A stretch of DNA of 64,000 nucleotides. It comes from Vicinamibacteria bacterium. Lineage in GTDB: Bacteria > Acidobacteriota > Vicinamibacteria > Vicinamibacterales > UBA8438. Shown one piece after another: positions 49,553-59,976 of the stretch; within the stretch, counting starts at the first letter, position 1; the number at the start of each line of letters is the position of its first letter. Location of the stretch: NCBI GenBank assembly GCA_963579735.1, contig CAUZIB010000003.1, forward strand, positions 1,062 through 65,061, in the 5' to 3' direction. Position numbers and translations under genes: made by a program. The notes beneath the pieces are model-generated. The model did no database searches. It was not told the DNA's origin and saw only the letters and a list, made by a program, of their open reading frames with translations.

Positions 49553-50596
49553 ATGCGTTCAACGTTTGTCTTCGTCATCGCCCTACTAGTCGGCGGGAGT
49601 CCCTCCGCTCGTGCCGAAGACCTTGTCTTGGACACCCTTGGCGCTTACTTGGAAGCTCTAAGGGCCCAAGCCGGAATCCCCGGATTGTCGGCCGCGATTG
49701 TCGGGGCGAACGGTATTGTCTGGGAGCGGGCGTTTGGTTACCAGGATCAAGAGCTGGCGATACCAATTACTCTGGATACGGCGTTCCACCTGGACGGAGT
49801 TACGCAGGTGGTCGTCGCATCTTTGGTCTTGCGCTGCGTCGAAGATGGTCGACTTCGGCTCGATGACGCCATCGGACATTTCGACCCGGATAGTCCAGAC
49901 GCCGACGCAACACTTCGCGACATTCTCACTCACACCACGGCCAGTGCCGAAGGTAGGATGTTTGACTACCGACTGGAGCGACTCGATTCGCTTCGGTTAC
50001 CGGTGGAAGCGTGCACAGCCGTCTCGTTTCACGAGGCGATCGCAAGCTGGCTCAACGCTTTGGGAATGGCGGATTCGGTGCCCGGTCCGGACGCCGTTGC
50101 TCAGATGCCCTATCCGGACGCCGCTGTCGAGCTGCGGTATCAAAACGTATTGAGCCGGCTGACCATCCCGTATCTTGTCCACGAGCGGCGCCGTGCCGTG
50201 CCGTCGCAGTACAACGTGTTCACACTGACACCGGCCGCCGGGCTTGTCTCGACGGTCCGCGACTACGCCCGTTTCGATCTCGCGCTTCGAGTCGGCTTGC
50301 TCCTTTCGTGGCCGACTCGAACGCTTACCTGGAGTGCGCCGATAGGCCGAGACGGGCATCTGTTGCCACATGCCCACGGTTGGTTCGTTGGGACCCATGC
50401 CGACGGTCCTGTTATCTGGCAATATGGAGTTGGAGCGGATGCCTCGTCGTCTCTCGTGGTCACGGCGTTGACCCAGGGGTTGACCTTGGTCCTGTTCGCC
50501 AATAGCGACGAGCTGGCCAGCCCATTTCTGGAGTCGGTGGCCGACGTTAGATCGTCGCCATTCGCACGGCTGTTTCTCGAGCTGGTCGCGCCGTAA
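49553..50596 (+). CDS. secreted beta-lactamase-fold (serine hydrolase family) protein with degenerate active site
   Basis: IPGLSAAIV, LRDILTHT, AGLVSTVRDYARF; SxxK position reads GVTQ. Confidence 0.8.
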   Translation: MRSTFVFVIALLVGGSPSARAEDLVLDTLGAYLEALRAQAGIPGLSAAIVGANGIVWERAFGYQDQELAIPITLDTAFHLDGVTQVVVASLVLRCVEDGRLRLDDAIGHFDPDSPDADATLRDILTHTTASAEGRMFDYRLERLDSLRLPVEACTAVSFHEAIASWLNALGMADSVPGPDAVAQMPYPDAAVELRYQNVLSRLTIPYLVHERRRAVPSQYNVFTLTPAAGLVSTVRDYARFDLALRVGLLLSWPTRTLTWSAPIGRDGHLLPHAHGWFVGTHADGPVIWQYGVGADASSSLVVTALTQGLTLVLFANSDELASPFLESVADVRSSPFARLFLELVAP

Positions 50597-51294
50597 TGGA
50601 TTTTGGTCGAGACGCCACGTGCTTACTCCCAGGATGCGCGCTCTTCGCGCCGGGCCGGCGAGGCGTGGCGACGTCGCAGGATGGCACCCATGTTCTGACC
50701 AGGGTTCTAAGAGTCGGGCTGGTCGCGGCGGCGTGTCTGGCGGGCAATCCGGGGGAGGCGGCGGCGGAGCGGCAGATAAAGCCGTTTGTCGGCATCGCAT
50801 TTGGAGGCAACACGACCTTTGTTGACGTTGAGGACGCCGTGGGCATGCCCCACCCAATGCTTGGCGTCAACGCGGTGCTCTTGGGGAGGGTTTTCGGGCT
50901 TGACGCAGATTTTGGCTACGGACCGGGCTTCTTCGAGTCGGGGAGCCGCCACTTGGTCCTGTCCAGTCGGGTGATGACCCTCACCGGCAACATCATCGTC
51001 GCGGTGCCCCGTCACCTGGCCGAAGTCGGACTCCGACCCTATTTTGTCGGTGGCGGTGGTCTGATGCGAGTGGAGAGTAACCACGCGCTTGATGTGTTGC
51101 AGGTGGCGGATACGCTCCCGACAGTGAGTCTTGGCGGGGGCGTTACCGGATTCTTGACCGACCAGCTCGGCGTGAGTTGGGAGGTGCGGCACTTCCGAAC
51201 GATCAGTAGCGCTTCTGAATCGACAGGGGTAAGTTTTGGACCCGAGCGACTGTCGTTCTGGCGAGGGACGATGGCAATCGCGATACGCTATTGA
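50596..51294 (+). CDS. outer membrane beta-barrel protein
   Basis: Alternating beta pattern, RPYFVGGGG, C-terminal aromatic (AIRY); start uncertain. Confidence 0.75.
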   Translation: MDFGRDATCLLPGCALFAPGRRGVATSQDGTHVLTRVLRVGLVAAACLAGNPGEAAAERQIKPFVGIAFGGNTTFVDVEDAVGMPHPMLGVNAVLLGRVFGLDADFGYGPGFFESGSRHLVLSSRVMTLTGNIIVAVPRHLAEVGLRPYFVGGGGLMRVESNHALDVLQVADTLPTVSLGGGVTGFLTDQLGVSWEVRHFRTISSASESTGVSFGPERLSFWRGTMAIAIRY

Positions 51295-51310
51295 GACGGA
51301 TACCGCTGTG

Positions 51311-51841
51311 ATGTTGAGAAGAGCGTTTTGGTGCACTGTTGGAATCGTGGGCCTCTCGGGTATCGTTTTCGCGGCCGAGAGCCTGCGCATTATGCCGGTC
51401 GTCCGCGGGCACGAGGTTCTCGTGTCGTTCGAGTTGGTCGACGCTTATACGGATGACGTTCGTCAGGCCGTCTTGAGCGGGCTGCGGACGACGTTCGACT
51501 ACGAGGTGGATCTCCGCATGGACGTCCGGTTTTGGGTTGACCGGACGGTCGCCACTGCCCTCGTGAGCATTTCGGACGAATACGACAGCCTCACAGGACG
51601 GCACAGCCTGGCGCGACGGGTCGACGGCCGCGTCGTCGAGGCCCTTGTTACGCAGGACGAGAACCTCGTCGAGGAGTGGTTTACAAACGTCGAGCGGCAG
51701 CCATTGTGCGATACGTCGCGTCTCGAAGCGAACAGGGATTACTACGTGCGCGTGAGTGCCCGTAGCCGGCCGCATATGGGCTCACTCCTGAGTTGGGCCA
51801 GTGCCATCCGTGGCCAGGCCGCATTCAGGTTCTCTCCTTAG
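51311..51841 (+). CDS. secreted DUF4390-like protein
   Basis: Signal peptide, ..SGL.TTFDY.V.L....FW.D...YD.LT pattern. Confidence 0.7.
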   Translation: MLRRAFWCTVGIVGLSGIVFAAESLRIMPVVRGHEVLVSFELVDAYTDDVRQAVLSGLRTTFDYEVDLRMDVRFWVDRTVATALVSISDEYDSLTGRHSLARRVDGRVVEALVTQDENLVEEWFTNVERQPLCDTSRLEANRDYYVRVSARSRPHMGSLLSWASAIRGQAAFRFSP

Positions 51842-51957
51842 GGTCTTAGCCCCATTAACGCCGCGGTGAGGGTGCTCTGGCCCACCGTGTGCACGTTGAA
51901 GGGATCCCGGAAAGTCGCGCTACCGCATTTGCACAAATCACGATAGAATTCGGACGG

Positions 51958-51991
51958 CTCTTTAAGGGCGGCCCTGAGAGGTCGCAAAGAG
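51958..51991 (+). promoter_or_regulatory. PyrR-binding RNA hairpin in the pyrR leader
   Basis: CTCTTT-AAGG-GCGGCC-CTGAGA-GGTCGC-AAAGAG resembles the CUUUAA and CCNGNGAGG PyrR operator motifs; TAGAAT -10-like box at 51944. Confidence 0.85.
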
Positions 51992-52079
51992 AAAACGTGC
52001 GCACGATCTACGACGACACCTGCCGTTCGCCCGGAGTTACTTCCCCCGTTCCTGTTCCGTATCGCGCCGGAGGTCTGTC

Positions 52080-52661
52080 ATGGCTATCGTGATGGAGGCC
52101 GACCGCATCGCTCGGGCGCTCATGCGTATCTCCCACGAGATTGTCGAGCGCAATCGGGTGCTCGACAATCTTGCCCTGGTTGGAGTGCGCACGCGCGGCG
52201 TGCCGATTGCCGATCGGATTGCCCGCAACGTCAAAGAGATTTCTGGGCTGACCCTGCCGACTGGGACGTTGGACATCACGCTGTATCGCGACGATCTGAT
52301 GCGACATCCGATCGGCCCCCAGCCGATCTTGCGTGAGACCGAGATCTCATTCTCCATTGACGATAGACGTATTTTGCTCGTCGATGACGTGCTCTACACG
52401 GGGCGTACGGTCCGTGCCGCGCTCGATGCGCTGGTGGACTTTGGTCGGCCGAGATCGATCCAGCTAGTCGTTCTGGTGGACCGCGGGCATCGTGAACTTC
52501 CCATCAAAGCGGACTATGTGGGCAAGAATTTGCCGACGTCGCCCGAGCAAAGCGTGCAGGTCAGTCTGGCTGAAATCGACGGTCGCGATGAAGTCGAGGT
52601 CGACGTCCCGGGTGATCGTCCGAGCGAGACGGACGACGTTGGCGGGGAGGGGCTGTCGTGA
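52080..52661 (+). CDS. pyrR: pyrimidine operon regulator / uracil phosphoribosyltransferase
   Basis: [37 protein letters not shown]. Confidence 0.97.
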   Translation: MAIVMEADRIARALMRISHEIVERNRVLDNLALVGVRTRGVPIADRIARNVKEISGLTLPTGTLDITLYRDDLMRHPIGPQPILRETEISFSIDDRRILLVDDVLYTGRTVRAALDALVDFGRPRSIQLVVLVDRGHRELPIKADYVGKNLPTSPEQSVQVSLAEIDGRDEVEVDVPGDRPSETDDVGGEGLS

Positions 52662-53641
52662 GGCTCCCGACGCAGCCCGAGACCGTCCGCGACCGGGACG
52701 CTCCGACGATGCAGTCCCGTCTCAGGGCTCGACATTTGCTCAGTATCGCCGACCTCGAGCGGGAAGAGATTCTCCTTGTCCTCGACACTGCGCAAGCGAT
52801 GAAGGAGATTGGGACCCGGCCGATCAAGAAGGTTCCGACACTGCGAGGCAAGACTGTCGTCAACTTGTTTGTCGAGCCGAGCACGCGGACCCGGACGTCG
52901 TTCGAGATCGCCGAGAAACGGTTGAGCGCCGACACAATCAACATCGCCGCCTCCGAGTCGAGTCTGAGCAAAGGGGAGACACTCCTGGACACCGCGCGTA
53001 CCCTCGAAGCCATGGCGCCGGACATGATTGTTCTTCGGCACCCGCGCTCCGGCGCGTGTCACCAACTGGTGCCGATCGCACACACTCGGATAATCAATGC
53101 CGGCGACGGCATTCACGAGCATCCGACCCAGGCGCTGCTCGACGCGATGACGATCCGCGAGCACAAAGCGTCGTTCGAGGGGCTGAAGGTAGCCATTGTC
53201 GGGGACTTGGCCCACAGCCGGGTGCTGCGGTCCAACATCTTGCTGTTGCGGGCTCTGGGCGCGGATGTCTGGGTGTGTGGTCCTCGCACGATGTGGCCAC
53301 GCGGGATCGAACGCTTCGACGTGACCCCGACGACTTCGATCGACGAGGCGGTCGCCGACGCCGACGTGGTCATGATGCTCCGGATCCAACTCGAGCGTAT
53401 GCGGGGGCACTTCTTTCCGTCCCGCCGGGAATACTTCAAGCTGTTTGGGTTGACCCGCGAGCGGCTTGACCGAGCCAAAGACGATGTCATGGTTATGCAT
53501 CCCGGCCCGATGAATCGTGGTGTCGAGATCGCGTCAGATGTTGCGGATGGCGTGGGCTCGGTCATTCTCGAGCAAGTGTCAAATGGTGTAGCGGTCAGAA
53601 TGGCGGTGCTCTACTTGCTCGCCGGGGGCACGGAAGGCTGA
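52658..53641 (+). CDS. pyrB: aspartate carbamoyltransferase catalytic subunit
   Basis: [30 protein letters not shown]; alternative start ATG at 52709. Confidence 0.97.
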   Translation: MRLPTQPETVRDRDAPTMQSRLRARHLLSIADLEREEILLVLDTAQAMKEIGTRPIKKVPTLRGKTVVNLFVEPSTRTRTSFEIAEKRLSADTINIAASESSLSKGETLLDTARTLEAMAPDMIVLRHPRSGACHQLVPIAHTRIINAGDGIHEHPTQALLDAMTIREHKASFEGLKVAIVGDLAHSRVLRSNILLLRALGADVWVCGPRTMWPRGIERFDVTPTTSIDEAVADADVVMMLRIQLERMRGHFFPSRREYFKLFGLTRERLDRAKDDVMVMHPGPMNRGVEIASDVADGVGSVILEQVSNGVAVRMAVLYLLAGGTEG

Positions 53642-53669
53642 TGTGGGACGCACGAAGAGTGACAATGCA

Positions 53670-54989
53670 ATGAAGACATTGCTCAGAGGGGGGCGTGTCG
53701 TTGACCCCAAGCACGGGCGAGATGGCGTGTTCGATGTCGAGATCGACGATAACGGTGCGATCGCCCGCGTCGACAAAGACCTTCCGACCGACGGCGCCGT
53801 CGTGGTCGACGTTCCTTCGGACCACGTCGTGTGTCCCGGGTTCATCGACATGCACGTGCATCTACGGGAGCCGGGTCAGGAGCACAAAGAAACCGTTGCC
53901 ACCGGGGTCGCATCCGCAGTGGCCGGAGGGTTTTCGAGCGTCGCCTGTATGCCCAACACCGTACCGGTCAACGACCATAGCGGTGTGACAGAACTGATTC
54001 TCACCAAGGCGTCGGACGCTGAACTGGCGCGGGTGTATCCCGTGGGAGCCGTGTCTATCGGGTCGCGCGGCGAGGCGCTGGCGGAGATTGGTGAGCTTCA
54101 GGCCGCCGGGTGCGTGGGGATTTCTGACGATGGGCACCCCGTGGCCGACGCACTCATGATGCGGCGGGCGCTCGAGTATTCTTCGATGTTCAATTTGCCC
54201 GTCATCAATCACTGCGAGGAGCCGTCGCTCAAGGGCGACGGCTCTGCGCACGAAGGGTACTACGCGTCGGTACTTGGCCTACGCGGCATTCCCGGCGCCG
54301 CAGAATCGGTCATGGTCGATCGAGACGTGGCGCTCAGTGAGCTGACGGGCGGACATGTGCATATCGCACATATGAGCGTCCGCGGCTCTCTCCGGGCGGT
54401 CCAGTCGGGCAAGGAGCGTGCGGTGCGGGTGACCTGCGAGGTGACTCCCCACCATTTCATTCTGACAGACGAAGATCTGAGTTACGACACGAACTACAAG
54501 ATGAATCCGCCGCTCAGAGAAGGTGTCGACCGAGACTCGATGATCGCCGGGCTCGTCGATGGCAGTATCGACGTGATCGCCACCGACCATGCGCCTCATC
54601 ATGCCGATGAGAAAGCCGTTGAGTTCGACGCTGCGCCCTTTGGTATCGTGGGCCTCGAGACGGCGGTGCCGTTGGTACTGGATCGGTTGCTCCATACCGG
54701 GAAGGTCTCGCTACGACGGATTGTCGAGCTGCTCGCCGTGAATCCTGCCGATGTGCTTCGCCTGGATGCGGGCGGTCTCACGGTTGGTGGCCCCGCGGAC
54801 ATCACCGTTCTGGCACCCACGACGACGACCGACGTCGACGCCGCGTCGTTCAGATCGCTCTCTCGTAATACTCCATTCGACGGATGGAGTTTGCAGGGGA
54901 GCGTGGCCGCCACGTTTGTGGGGGGGCGCCCCGTGTTTGTGAACCCCGACGTCCCGCGGGCGGTCGTGTTCTCGCCCTCTGATCGCTAA
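53670..54989 (+). CDS. pyrC: dihydroorotase (type I)
   Basis: DMHVHLREPG, MPNT, KMNPPLR, ATDHAPH. Confidence 0.96.
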   Translation: MKTLLRGGRVVDPKHGRDGVFDVEIDDNGAIARVDKDLPTDGAVVVDVPSDHVVCPGFIDMHVHLREPGQEHKETVATGVASAVAGGFSSVACMPNTVPVNDHSGVTELILTKASDAELARVYPVGAVSIGSRGEALAEIGELQAAGCVGISDDGHPVADALMMRRALEYSSMFNLPVINHCEEPSLKGDGSAHEGYYASVLGLRGIPGAAESVMVDRDVALSELTGGHVHIAHMSVRGSLRAVQSGKERAVRVTCEVTPHHFILTDEDLSYDTNYKMNPPLREGVDRDSMIAGLVDGSIDVIATDHAPHHADEKAVEFDAAPFGIVGLETAVPLVLDRLLHTGKVSLRRIVELLAVNPADVLRLDAGGLTVGGPADITVLAPTTTTDVDAASFRSLSRNTPFDGWSLQGSVAATFVGGRPVFVNPDVPRAVVFSPSDR

Positions 54990-55012
54990 TCGCTGGTGTC
55001 TCTCTTCTCGCC

Positions 55013-55987
55013 TTGCGCGGCCGGCCGGGCGATGATGGTCTCAGTGCCAAGCGGGAATCTTGCCACAGGCTAGGTCAATCGCTGGTGCCTACACGCTCGT
55101 TCACGGCGGCGCGTTCGACGCTCGATGAGCTCTACGCCCAGTTCGACGAACCGTCCGGGGTGGCCGACCCGGTGCACCTCGTTCGACGCTATCGCGAGTC
55201 TGCAGACATCGAGATCGCCGGTTTTTGCGCCGCCGGTTTGGCATTTGGCCGAGTAGCCAGCGTCATCGACTCGGTCACGGAGTTGCTGGCGCTCATGGGG
55301 CCATCGCCCGCCGCGTTTGTCCGACGATTTTCTCCCGAGCGGGACGGCCCCGCGCTTCGTCATCTCCGGCACCGTTGGATCAGCGGCGACGACCTCGTCG
55401 CGTTGGTGTGGATCTTGCGGCGCCTGCTGGAGACCTCCGGGTCACTCGAACAGGTCTTTTTGCGTGGGTATGCGTTGGACGCGGTCGACGTGGGGCCCGC
55501 GTTGGACGCGTTCTGTACAGCGGCCCGGGATATCGACTTGCGGCCGCTTCGTCTCCTCGGTGTCGCGCCCGAGCGGGTGTCCTATTTCTTTCCCCGGCCT
55601 TCGGATGGCAGCGCGTGCAAACGGCTCAATCTGTATCTGCGATGGATGGTCAGGAAGGACCGAGTCGACTTTGGCGTGTGGACACGGGTCGACCGCGCCC
55701 ACCTGGTCGTGCCGCTTGACACTCATGTCATTCGGCTTGGCCAGTGTCTGCGGCTGACGCACTATCGTGCGCCCGGCTGGGCGATGGCTCGAGAGATCAC
55801 GATGGCGCTCCGACGGGTGGACCCGCACGACCCAGTCAAGTATGACTTCTCGCTATGTCACATCGGGATGCAGAACCGTTGCGGATTCAATCAGCCCCAA
55901 CGGGATGCCCAGTGTCCGTTGCGGGGGGTGTGCCAACCAGTTGTTCGTAGGTCGCGAGCGTCTCGTCAACCATCCGTTCGGCGCTGA
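55013..55987 (+). CDS. TIGR02757/DUF2400 family protein
   Basis: DPV, LAFGRV, SACKRLNLYLRWMVR, PLDTH, DPVKYDF; start uncertain. Confidence 0.88.
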   Translation: MRGRPGDDGLSAKRESCHRLGQSLVPTRSFTAARSTLDELYAQFDEPSGVADPVHLVRRYRESADIEIAGFCAAGLAFGRVASVIDSVTELLALMGPSPAAFVRRFSPERDGPALRHLRHRWISGDDLVALVWILRRLLETSGSLEQVFLRGYALDAVDVGPALDAFCTAARDIDLRPLRLLGVAPERVSYFFPRPSDGSACKRLNLYLRWMVRKDRVDFGVWTRVDRAHLVVPLDTHVIRLGQCLRLTHYRAPGWAMAREITMALRRVDPHDPVKYDFSLCHIGMQNRCGFNQPQRDAQCPLRGVCQPVVRRSRASRQPSVRR

Positions 55988-57017
55988 ATCGGCGTCGCGC
56001 TTGCTGGAGTGCGTTGTGGGCGCACGTCTGCCGAAATGTCTCGTCCGAGAGTAGCCGCACGATGGCGGCAGCCAGGGCCGGTGGATCTCGGGTGGGGACC
56101 AGCAGCCCCGTGTGGCCGTCGTCGACGACCTCGGAGAGCCCTCCCGCTCGGGTCGCAACGACGGCGCGACCCGCGGCCATCGCGTCGAGCGCAGACGTGC
56201 CCAGCCCTTCGGTTACCGAGCTCATGACAAACAGATCGAAGGCCTTATGGAGTGACAGCACATCGGGGCGAAAACCTGCGAAGACGATGTGCTTGCCGAG
56301 TTTGCATCTCGCCACGTGTCGGGCGAGGTCGTGCTCAAGCTCACCTTCGCCAGCGATGATGAATCGCGCGTCGTGGACCTCACGTATCACCCGGACGGCG
56401 GCGTCGATGAGATACCGCTGACCCTTGTGGGGAACCAGCGCGGCCACGTTGCCGACCAGCGGCGCTCCCCGGGGCAGCCAAAGCTCTTTGCGCAAATCGA
56501 TCGTTGGGGCGCGCTCCACCCGTCTGAGGTCAATGCCCTCATACACGACAGAGGTCTTGGCGGCCGGGATGCCGTCATGTATCAACATTGACTGAATGAA
56601 CTGCGACGCACAGACAAAACGGTCCACCTGCCGATACTTCCACCGCGAGAACGCGTTTCTGCCGATGTGGAAATCGACTCGACGGGACGCCACGAACAGA
56701 GGTCGGAATCGCTCGCCACACATCGAGCAGGCCAGAGCGGTCATCGCGACCCCGTGTGCGTCATGAGCGTGCACGATGTCCGGTCGGAGGTCTCGGAGCA
56801 GCCGAGACAGTTGCCAGCCAGCGCGGACAGCCATTTCCGTGCGAGGGGCCAGCGGAAAAAGGTCCGGTCCTTCGGCGGCGCGACGTCTCAGCTCGCCGTG
56901 GGGATGGGCGACCAGCGCGGCCCGATGCCCACGCATGCGGAGCCCGAGGACGGTGAGTAGTACCTGGTTCTGTCCGCCGCGCCACGTGCGCGCCGTGTCT
57001 ACGTGCAGCGAAAACAT
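55887..57017 (-). CDS. GT4 family glycosyltransferase
   Basis: WRGGQ.Q, HKGQ..LI, EGLGTS.LDAM; real start MFSLHVDT at 57017. Confidence 0.92.
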   Translation of the reverse strand: MFSLHVDTARTWRGGQNQVLLTVLGLRMRGHRAALVAHPHGELRRRAAEGPDLFPLAPRTEMAVRAGWQLSRLLRDLRPDIVHAHDAHGVAMTALACSMCGERFRPLFVASRRVDFHIGRNAFSRWKYRQVDRFVCASQFIQSMLIHDGIPAAKTSVVYEGIDLRRVERAPTIDLRKELWLPRGAPLVGNVAALVPHKGQRYLIDAAVRVIREVHDARFIIAGEGELEHDLARHVARCKLGKHIVFAGFRPDVLSLHKAFDLFVMSSVTEGLGTSALDAMAAGRAVVATRAGGLSEVVDDGHTGLLVPTRDPPALAAAIVRLLSDETFRQTCAHNALQQARRRFSAERMVDETLATYEQLVGTPPATDTGHPVGAD

Positions 57018-57772
57018 CAGGGACTTTCCCGATGCTGACGCTCCCAAAGCTTGGCCAGCTTGAGGAGGACGTAATACGAGTTCATCAGTGAGACGATCAA
57101 CCCTGGCACACCATCGCGAAACCCGCCCCGCAGGATGTAATTGCGCATGAACGCCAAGGGTGGGCGCGCGATGAGATCGACGGCGTGGGCGCGTTGTTTG
57201 TCCGCTGTCATCTGCTCGACCGCCAGCGTCGTGTAGCGCTCGATGGTCGAGAGGTGATGCGACACATCGCGATACGCGTGATGCAGGATCTCTGAACGTA
57301 GCCGACCCACCCGACCGGTCGTCCTGACTGACTCGTGGACCGGGCGCTCGTTCCATCGTGAGACGCGGCGGTCATACAGCCTCAGCTGATAGTCCGGATA
57401 CCAATCCGTCGAGCGGATCCAGCGTCCCAGATAGCGAGTGGTGCGGGGAATGCGATAGCCCTGTTTTGGCGGCGATGGACTGAAGAGCGCGTCCAACTCG
57501 ACGGCCAGCGCGGGCGACACCCGTTCGTCTGCGTCGAGTGAAAGCACCCAGTCGTGGGCGGCGAGGCTGGTGGCGTGGTTCTTCTGGTCTCCGTAGCCGC
57601 GCCAGGCCCTCGTGATGACACGGTCCGTGTAGCGCTTTGCGATCTCGACGGTCGCGTCGGTGCTTCCGCTGTCGACCACCACGATGTCGTCGGCCCATCG
57701 CACCGAGTCGAGCGCCTCACCGATCTTGTCCGCCTCGTCTTTGGCAATGACGACAACCGAGACGTCCAGCAC
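57017..57772 (-). CDS. GT2 family glycosyltransferase (WaaE/KdtX-like)
   Basis: VVDSGSTD.T, WVLSLDADE, VHE, GFRDG..G. Confidence 0.92.
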   Translation of the reverse strand: MLDVSVVVIAKDEADKIGEALDSVRWADDIVVVDSGSTDATVEIAKRYTDRVITRAWRGYGDQKNHATSLAAHDWVLSLDADERVSPALAVELDALFSPSPPKQGYRIPRTTRYLGRWIRSTDWYPDYQLRLYDRRVSRWNERPVHESVRTTGRVGRLRSEILHHAYRDVSHHLSTIERYTTLAVEQMTADKQRAHAVDLIARPPLAFMRNYILRGGFRDGVPGLIVSLMNSYYVLLKLAKLWERQHRESP

Positions 57773-57795
57773 GCGCCAGTGTACACTTCTTACCC

Positions 57796-58371
57796 ATGCA
57801 ATCAGGTCGCGTTCTCGACCTGTTCAGGCAATGCGGTGCACTTCTTGAAGGACACTTTCAGCTGTCCTCAGGTCTGCACAGCCCCGGGTATTTGCAGTGT
57901 GCCTTGGTCCTCCAGCATCCGGAGCACGCTGCCGGGCTGGGTGCCGCGATTGCCGAACGGGTCTCGTCACTACAGCCTCGGTTGGTGCTTTCACCCGCGC
58001 TCGGAGGGGTGGTCATTGGTCACGAAGTCGCGCGGGCACTGGGGGTGCGGGCGCAGTTTGCCGAGCGTCGAGAGGGCGTGCTGACCTTACGACGGGGCTT
58101 TCGAATTGAACCCGATGAACCAGTGCTGATCGTCGAGGACGTGATTACGACCGGCGGGTCGACACGGGAAACCGCCAAGGTGGCTGCCCTCGCCGGAGGT
58201 CGGGTGGTGGGCGCAGCGGCAGTGATCAACCGAGGGGGCCCAGACGTCGACGTAGGCGCGCCACTACACGCACTCGCAGATGTGTCGTGGCCGACGTATC
58301 TCCCAGAAGATTGTCTCCTCTGCGGTCAACACGCGGAGCTGACAAAGCCCGGGTCAAACCCCGGGTCCTAG
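57796..58371 (+). CDS. pyrE: orotate phosphoribosyltransferase
   Basis: GHF.LSSG.HS..Y.QC, IVEDVITTGGS. Confidence 0.95.
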   Translation: MQSGRVLDLFRQCGALLEGHFQLSSGLHSPGYLQCALVLQHPEHAAGLGAAIAERVSSLQPRLVLSPALGGVVIGHEVARALGVRAQFAERREGVLTLRRGFRIEPDEPVLIVEDVITTGGSTRETAKVAALAGGRVVGAAAVINRGGPDVDVGAPLHALADVSWPTYLPEDCLLCGQHAELTKPGSNPGS

Positions 58372-59120
58372 TGCGGACATTTCGCCTGATCGTTGCCTAT
58401 GACGGCACGGCCTACGCAGGGTGGCAGCGTCAACACAATGCGACCGGCGTTCAGGCGCTGGTCGAGGCAGCGCTCGCCGACATTGAAGGCCGACGCGTCG
58501 TAGTACACGGCGCCGGTCGCACTGACTCCGGCGTCCATGCGCTGGGTCAGGCCGCCAGTTTCGAGATGGCTCACTCGATCCCGGCAAAGTCTCTCCAGCG
58601 GGCGCTCAATACCGCGTTGCCTCGCGATATTCGCGTGACAGAGGTCGGAGAAGCGAGCCCCGGGTTTCACGCGCGATATTCGGCCGTTCGCAAATGCTAC
58701 CGCTATCGGATCGATCGCGGCGAGGTCGCTCAACCTCTGGAGAATCGATACGCCTGGCATGTGCCGGGCGCCCTTGATCTCGGAGCGGTGAGGCGGGCCG
58801 GCGCGGCGTTCGTGGGTCGTCACGACTTCGCCGCCTTCCAGACAGCAGCCGCCCAGTCGGCAGTGACCTCGACGGTTCGAACGATCTACGCGCTGCGGGT
58901 CGAAACGGAAGGGCAGATGCTCTCTATCGATGTAGAGGGTAATGGATTTCTGCGTCACATGGTCAGAACGATTGTGGGAACCCTGGTCGACGTGGGATTT
59001 GGTCGTCGCAGAGCATCGGATATGGCCCCGCTTCTCGCGTCCAGAAGTCGCCAAAAAGCCGGACCGACGGCCCCCGCGCGCGGCCTGTATCTCTTGCGTG
59101 TGGAGTTCCGCGACCCTTGA
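58371..59120 (+). CDS. truA: tRNA pseudouridine(38-40) synthase
   Basis: AYDGT.Y.GWQ, AGRTDSGVHA, FHARY, FLRHMVR. Confidence 0.97.
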   Translation: MRTFRLIVAYDGTAYAGWQRQHNATGVQALVEAALADIEGRRVVVHGAGRTDSGVHALGQAASFEMAHSIPAKSLQRALNTALPRDIRVTEVGEASPGFHARYSAVRKCYRYRIDRGEVAQPLENRYAWHVPGALDLGAVRRAGAAFVGRHDFAAFQTAAAQSAVTSTVRTIYALRVETEGQMLSIDVEGNGFLRHMVRTIVGTLVDVGFGRRRASDMAPLLASRSRQKAGPTAPARGLYLLRVEFRDP

Positions 59121-59157
59121 ATGGGTGGCTAACTCCTCGTATTATCAGTAGCTACCG

Positions 59158-59943
59158 ATGAGCCTCGATGACATACTCGCCTCGGTGGCCCCGGGCTCGG
59201 TCGAGGAAGATCTCGCTAACCAGGTAGATTTTTTGCGTCTCCCCGTTCACATAGCGGTAATCATGGATGGGAATGGGCGGTGGGCAGCCCAGCGCCGTTT
59301 GCCCCGGGTCGAGGGACACCGAGCGGGTATCGAGGCGGTCCGTACCGCCGTCGAGCTGTCGGCGCGGCTGGGGGTCGAGGTCCTGACGCTGTACGCCTTT
59401 TCGGTTGAGAACTGGAAGCGACCGGCGGCCGAGGTGTCGGTCCTTATGGGGCTCCTCAAACGCTATCTACGGCTCGAGTTGCGGACGCTACTTCGAAACA
59501 ACATCCGGTTCCGAGTCATCGGTGGTGATGACGGGCTTCCCCCTGATGTACAACGTGAGCTGGCCGCGGCGGTGGAGCGAACACGCACGCAAAATGGGAT
59601 GGTCTTTAACATCGCGCTCAACTATGGCGGGCGGGCCGAGATCGTCCAGGCCGCGCGACGGGCCATTGAGGCGGGCGTGACACCGCACGAGCTCGATGAC
59701 GAATGCTTTGAACGATTCCTCTACACCGCCGGTCAACCCGATCCCGACCTGCTCATTCGCACCAGCGGAGAAATGCGCGTGAGCAATTTCTTGCTGTGGC
59801 AGATCGCGTACTCCGAAATCTGGGTAACGGAGACACTGTGGCCTGATTTCCGCGCCAGACACCTCCTCGAAGGCATTCTTGCTTACCAAAAACGCGAACG
59901 TCGATACGGCGGTATCACGCAAGAGCCAGCGGTTGTCGGGTAG
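59158..59943 (+). CDS. uppS: undecaprenyl diphosphate synthase
   Basis: IMDGNGRWA, FS.ENWKRP, RTSGE.R.SNFLLWQ. Confidence 0.97.
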   Translation: MSLDDILASVAPGSVEEDLANQVDFLRLPVHIAVIMDGNGRWAAQRRLPRVEGHRAGIEAVRTAVELSARLGVEVLTLYAFSVENWKRPAAEVSVLMGLLKRYLRLELRTLLRNNIRFRVIGGDDGLPPDVQRELAAAVERTRTQNGMVFNIALNYGGRAEIVQAARRAIEAGVTPHELDDECFERFLYTAGQPDPDLLIRTSGEMRVSNFLLWQIAYSEIWVTETLWPDFRARHLLEGILAYQKRERRYGGITQEPAVVG

Positions 59944-59976
59944 CCTCCCTCTGGTCACCGGCGGCGCCGGTTGTCG

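Noticed and set aside
55887-55987. About 100-bp convergent overlap of the TIGR02757 and GT4 genes
   Set aside because: Involves only low-information C-terminal tails; common in GC-rich genomes.
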